A DNA stretch of 64,000 bases. It comes from Patescibacteria group bacterium (GTDB taxonomy: Bacteria; Patescibacteriota; Minisyncoccia; UBA6257; 1-14-0-10-40-38). Positions 60,453 through 64,000 of the stretch are shown here, piece after piece; position 1 is the first letter of the stretch; each line of letters starts with the position of its first letter. Made by a program: the position numbers and the translations under genes. Location of the stretch: assembly GCA_038064975.1 (NCBI GenBank), contig JBBTRX010000002.1, positions 193,278 through 257,277 on the forward strand. Direction: 5' to 3'. The notes beneath the pieces were generated by a model. It searched no databases. It saw only the letters and a program-made list of their open reading frames with translations, and was not told where the DNA came from.

Positions 60453-61154
60453 ATGAAAAATAAAATCCTACTCATAGGTATCGGGGGAGTCGTTATCGCT
60501 ATCGGTATTTTTTTGTTACCGACGTTTTCCAATAATGGAAAGAAGGAAAGTAATGATAGTAATGCATTGGAATTTGCGACGACAAGCAACAAAAACGATA
60601 GTAACGAAAAAGAGAAAGAGATTGTATATCCTAAATCCGGACAGGAAAAAAATATTGTGTTACCTGTTTACACCGGCGAGGATATTACAGCAATAGGGTC
60701 AGATCCTTTTATAGCCTCTCTCTCTCAGGAATTAAAAAATCAATACATTGGAGAGCTTAACGATTTAAAGTTAGTGGTAACAAATAATCCTAATAATTTT
60801 GACGCTTGGATGCGCATCGGGATTATTAAAGTTTTTTTTAATAACTACTTTGGTGCTCGAGATGTATGGGAGTACACAAGTATTATTTTCCCCAAAAACT
60901 CTCTATCCTATCTTAATTTGGGGAATCTCTACTCCGCGCATTTGAAAGATAACCAAAAAGCTGAACAGAATTATCTACGGGCGATTAATAATGATCCGAG
61001 CCTCCCCCAGCTTTATGTGGCGCTTGCGGATTTTTATTGGACATTTGATGGGCAAAAAAAGGAGAAAGCAGTCGCAATTATCCAAGATGGTTTGAAGAGA
61101 ATTCCTGAAGACGTCTCACTTCTGAATGCCTTGAAATTTTATTCTGCACAGTAG
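60453..61154 (+). CDS. Membrane-anchored TPR protein
   Basis: N-terminal TM helix; NLGNLY...AEQNYLRAI...P TPR motifs. Confidence 0.8.
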   Translation: MKNKILLIGIGGVVIAIGIFLLPTFSNNGKKESNDSNALEFATTSNKNDSNEKEKEIVYPKSGQEKNIVLPVYTGEDITAIGSDPFIASLSQELKNQYIGELNDLKLVVTNNPNNFDAWMRIGIIKVFFNNYFGARDVWEYTSIIFPKNSLSYLNLGNLYSAHLKDNQKAEQNYLRAINNDPSLPQLYVALADFYWTFDGQKKEKAVAIIQDGLKRIPEDVSLLNALKFYSAQ

Positions 61155-62269
61155 ATCTGTTTCGTTTTTCTTATCATGGTTTCAAGTGAAAATTCTTCCA
61201 TAACTCTTTTTCGATTTATCTCGCCAGTTTCTCGCGCTTGAGGTTTGTCATGAGCTAACGCAATTATTTTCCTTGCAAGGATTTTCGCGTTCCGTATCGG
61301 GATAATATGTAAGGGATTTGAAATTGCTTCAGGCATTCCTCCAGTATTGGTTATAATTGATGGAATTTCTGCCGCCATAGCTTCAAGAAGTACATAGGGT
61401 AGCCCTTCTTTTATTGAGGTCATTGTAAAAATATCAAATGCTTTGAGATATTCTGCATCTTCCCCAGTCGGAGGAACGATAAAAAATCGATCATTCATTT
61501 TTAGATTTGAGATTTTAGATTTGAGATTTGATTTCTCCTTTCCTTCTCCAATGATGAAAAAATAAACATCCGGGACTAAAGCCGCAGTTCGAACAAGAGT
61601 TTCATAATCTTTTTCTTTTGTTAGGCGGCCGATTGAACCTATCCATATCCCATGAGTTGTTAGTTGTTGGTTGTTAGTTGTTAGCTTCTTGACGATTTCT
61701 TTTCGTGCATTATCTCTATCTAAAAAAGGTATATTGGGGTCAATCCCATTATGAATAGTGACCAGCTTATGGGGTGGGGCGATTCTATAGTGTAGGGCGA
61801 GGTCATGGTCATGTTGCGATACATTAATAATCACGTTTTGGAATAAAGCGGCAATGCGATGGAGTATTCTATAAAATAATTGTATAGGTTTTGCTACCGC
61901 ATTCGTTGGGTTGAAAACCCATCCGTGAGCGGTGAAAATAATTTTGGGACATGGGACGTGTGACGGGCGACAGGTAAACTTATACAGCCATCCAGCAAGG
62001 GAACCAATCACTCCAGCTTTAGAACTATTCAGATGGATGACGTTGGGTCTTTCTTTTCTGAAAATGCTCACGAGCTCAATAACTGCAAAAATATCGTTTG
62101 CAAAAAGAGCGAAAGGAAGCGTTCTATTAGAAAGCCATTTCACATCAACCCCTCCTCGTATGATTTTAGGATCAAAAACAGATTGATCTAATTTCCCTGC
62201 AAGATCAGCAACATATTTTTGTGCTCCTCCAGTATCCTGTTTTGTGATAACGTAAAGTATCTTTTGCAT
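61139..62269 (-). CDS. Glycosyltransferase family 4
   Basis: GGAQKY, HLNSSKAG, EGLPYVLLEAMA. Confidence 0.92.
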   Translation of the reverse strand: MQKILYVITKQDTGGAQKYVADLAGKLDQSVFDPKIIRGGVDVKWLSNRTLPFALFANDIFAVIELVSIFRKERPNVIHLNSSKAGVIGSLAGWLYKFTCRPSHVPCPKIIFTAHGWVFNPTNAVAKPIQLFYRILHRIAALFQNVIINVSQHDHDLALHYRIAPPHKLVTIHNGIDPNIPFLDRDNARKEIVKKLTTNNQQLTTHGIWIGSIGRLTKEKDYETLVRTAALVPDVYFFIIGEGKEKSNLKSKISNLKMNDRFFIVPPTGEDAEYLKAFDIFTMTSIKEGLPYVLLEAMAAEIPSIITNTGGMPEAISNPLHIIPIRNAKILARKIIALAHDKPQARETGEINRKRVMEEFSLETMIRKTKQIYCAE

Positions 62270-62320
62270 GGCTTATTTCCATCTTTAGACTGTTTAATCT
62301 AACCTATCTACTATAGCGCT

Positions 62321-64000
62321 ATGTCACCAGTATCGTCTCGTATAGCAGTGTTTTCGCTTGCCTACGCCCCGCATGAAGCGGGAGCGGAAATTGCAGTACG
62401 TGAAATCATGGAGCGAATGCCTACTACTCATTTTACGGTATTCGCCCAAAGCTTTGATGCCTCGCTTCCAATACTTTCTTCGAAAGATAATATTAGCCTC
62501 CATCGCGTAGGTGCAGGGAAAAATATTTTTTCAAAGTTGCTTTATATTATGCGTGCCTGGCGCGCGGCAGAATCTGCTCACAAGAACGACCCATTTACGG
62601 CCGTTTGGGCTGTGATGGCAGCATATGCTGGAGGCGCGGCACTTCTTTTTAAACTTCGCCATCCGCGCATACCATTGCTTCTCACACTTCAGGAGGGGGA
62701 CTCTGAAAAACATATTCTCCGTCGTGTCTTTTTGTTCTATCCGCTTTGGCGCCTCATCTTTAAAAAAGCTGACCATGTACAGGCGATAAGTTCTTACTTG
62801 GCTGATTTCGCTCGCAGGCACGGAGCTGCGTGTCCTATTGATATTATTCCAAATGGAGTCGATGTGGAGAAAATAAAATCTCAAATATTAAATCTCAAAT
62901 CTGATGAGAAAAATAAAAAAGATTTTCGTATCATAACTACATCACGGCTTGTGAATAAAAATGGGATTGATACCCTTTTACGGGCAAGCGCTATTCTCAA
63001 GAAGAAAAATATTCCGTTTGAGCTATGGATAGTAGGAAGTGGTCCTGAAGAGAGAAGACTCAAAGCGCTTGCTGCAGAACTTGATCTTGAAGACAAGGTA
63101 GTATGGCACGGATCCGTCCCAGCGGAGGCTATTCCTTCGTATCTTAAAGCCGCTACGGTATTTGTGCGCGCATCCCGATCCGAAGGATTAGGAAATTCTT
63201 TTCTTGAAGCTATGGCTTCAGGGCTTCCGATTATTGGAACTCCTGTCGGAGGCATCCCCGATTTTTTGAAAGACGGAGAAACGGGATTATTTACAGATGT
63301 AGATGATTCTCACGATCTTGCATGGAATATAGAGCGCCTATTTGCCGATATTCATTTACGGAATCGCCTCATTGTGAATGGGCAAGCGCTTGTACGCGAT
63401 CAGTATTCTTGGAATTATGTTGTGAAAGAAATGCTAAATATATTTAGCACTCTTTGTGTGCGATATCGTATTATCATCGCATCGGGGATCGTGCCTCCTG
63501 AGATTGGAGGGCCGGCTTATTATGCGAAGGAGCTTTCTCAAGCATTAGAAATTCAAGGTAATAAGGCGCGATTGATTGCTTATGGACGTCTGAAACGCCT
63601 GCCAACCGGCCTACGGCATATCGCTTATAGTTTCAAGCTTTTATTTTCTCTCATTTTTTCTCGCCCCTCTTTTCTTATAGCGCTGGATACGTTTAGCGTT
63701 GGCTTTCCTGCGGTCCTTATGGGGAAGCTCATGGGCGTGCCGGTTATGGTCCGTACCGGAGGAGATTTCTTATGGGAGTTTTATGTAGAGCGTACCGGAG
63801 AAAAAATAATGCTCTCTGATTTTTATAGGCAACCTCGTGCATTTACGTTAAAAGAAAGAATTATTTTTCGCCTTACAGGGTGGACGCTGCTTCATGCGAA
63901 GTTCGTGATATTTAGTACTCCGTATCAGCGAGATATTTTTATCCCTGCTTACGGAATAAACGAATCACGTACGGCTATTATTGAAAATTGCTATGACGTC
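62321..64000 (+). CDS. Glycosyltransferase family 4, apparently two fused GT4 modules (partial, runs off right edge)
   Basis: Hand translation: MSPVSSRIAVFSLAY..AGAEIA; SEGLGNSFLEAMASG near 63180; same frame continues into IIIASGIVPPEIGGPAYY near 63470. Confidence 0.8.
   Translation, partial: MSPVSSRIAVFSLAYAPHEAGAEIAVREIMERMPTTHFTVFAQSFDASLPILSSKDNISLHRVGAGKNIFSKLLYIMRAWRAAESAHKNDPFTAVWAVMAAYAGGAALLFKLRHPRIPLLLTLQEGDSEKHILRRVFLFYPLWRLIFKKADHVQAISSYLADFARRHGAACPIDIIPNGVDVEKIKSQILNLKSDEKNKKDFRIITTSRLVNKNGIDTLLRASAILKKKNIPFELWIVGSGPEERRLKALAAELDLEDKVVWHGSVPAEAIPSYLKAATVFVRASRSEGLGNSFLEAMASGLPIIGTPVGGIPDFLKDGETGLFTDVDDSHDLAWNIERLFADIHLRNRLIVNGQALVRDQYSWNYVVKEMLNIFSTLCVRYRIIIASGIVPPEIGGPAYYAKELSQALEIQGNKARLIAYGRLKRLPTGLRHIAYSFKLLFSLIFSRPSFLIALDTFSVGFPAVLMGKLMGVPVMVRTGGDFLWEFYVERTGEKIMLSDFYRQPRAFTLKERIIFRLTGWTLLHAKFVIFSTPYQRDIFIPAYGINESRTAIIENCYDV

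Noticed and set aside
62531-63255. Minus-strand ORFs 62531-62884 and 62881-63255
   Set aside because: Opposite the plus-strand GT4 gene that runs off the window.

Overview
Bacterial chromosomal window using genetic code 11. Gene content, the VirB2/TrbC-like pilin trio, the large PG-binding surface protein and the intergenic repeat style suggest Patescibacteria/CPR (Parcubacteria-like); this is inference. Most of the window is housekeeping: recG, two glgA plus a GH57, yraN, ftsH, xerC/D, gyrA, rpsA-rpsO-NYN-pnp, comM, rpsT, holA, hppA, nusA, recA, ftsK, split phosphomannomutase, iscS-like, htrA, clpB with a CIRCE, glycosyltransferases and four tRNAs (Lys-CTT, Val-TAC, Ile-TAT, Leu-TAG). The most striking signal is a cluster of eight perfect parS palindromes (9854-10409) followed directly by an array of CGGCAAT heptamers (10471-10549). 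The same motif occurs about 15 times, in all three reading frames, in and just upstream of a C-terminal winged-HTH gene 45 kb away (55500-56204), suggesting an undescribed protein/DNA-site module tied to the centromere. Other oddities: structured duplicates of tRNA ends, orphan genes with near-identical promoter/terminator frames, a MITE-like element, dispersed hairpin repeats, and a tRNA-Ile with a UAU anticodon. All calls come from reading the sequence by eye; no searches were run.
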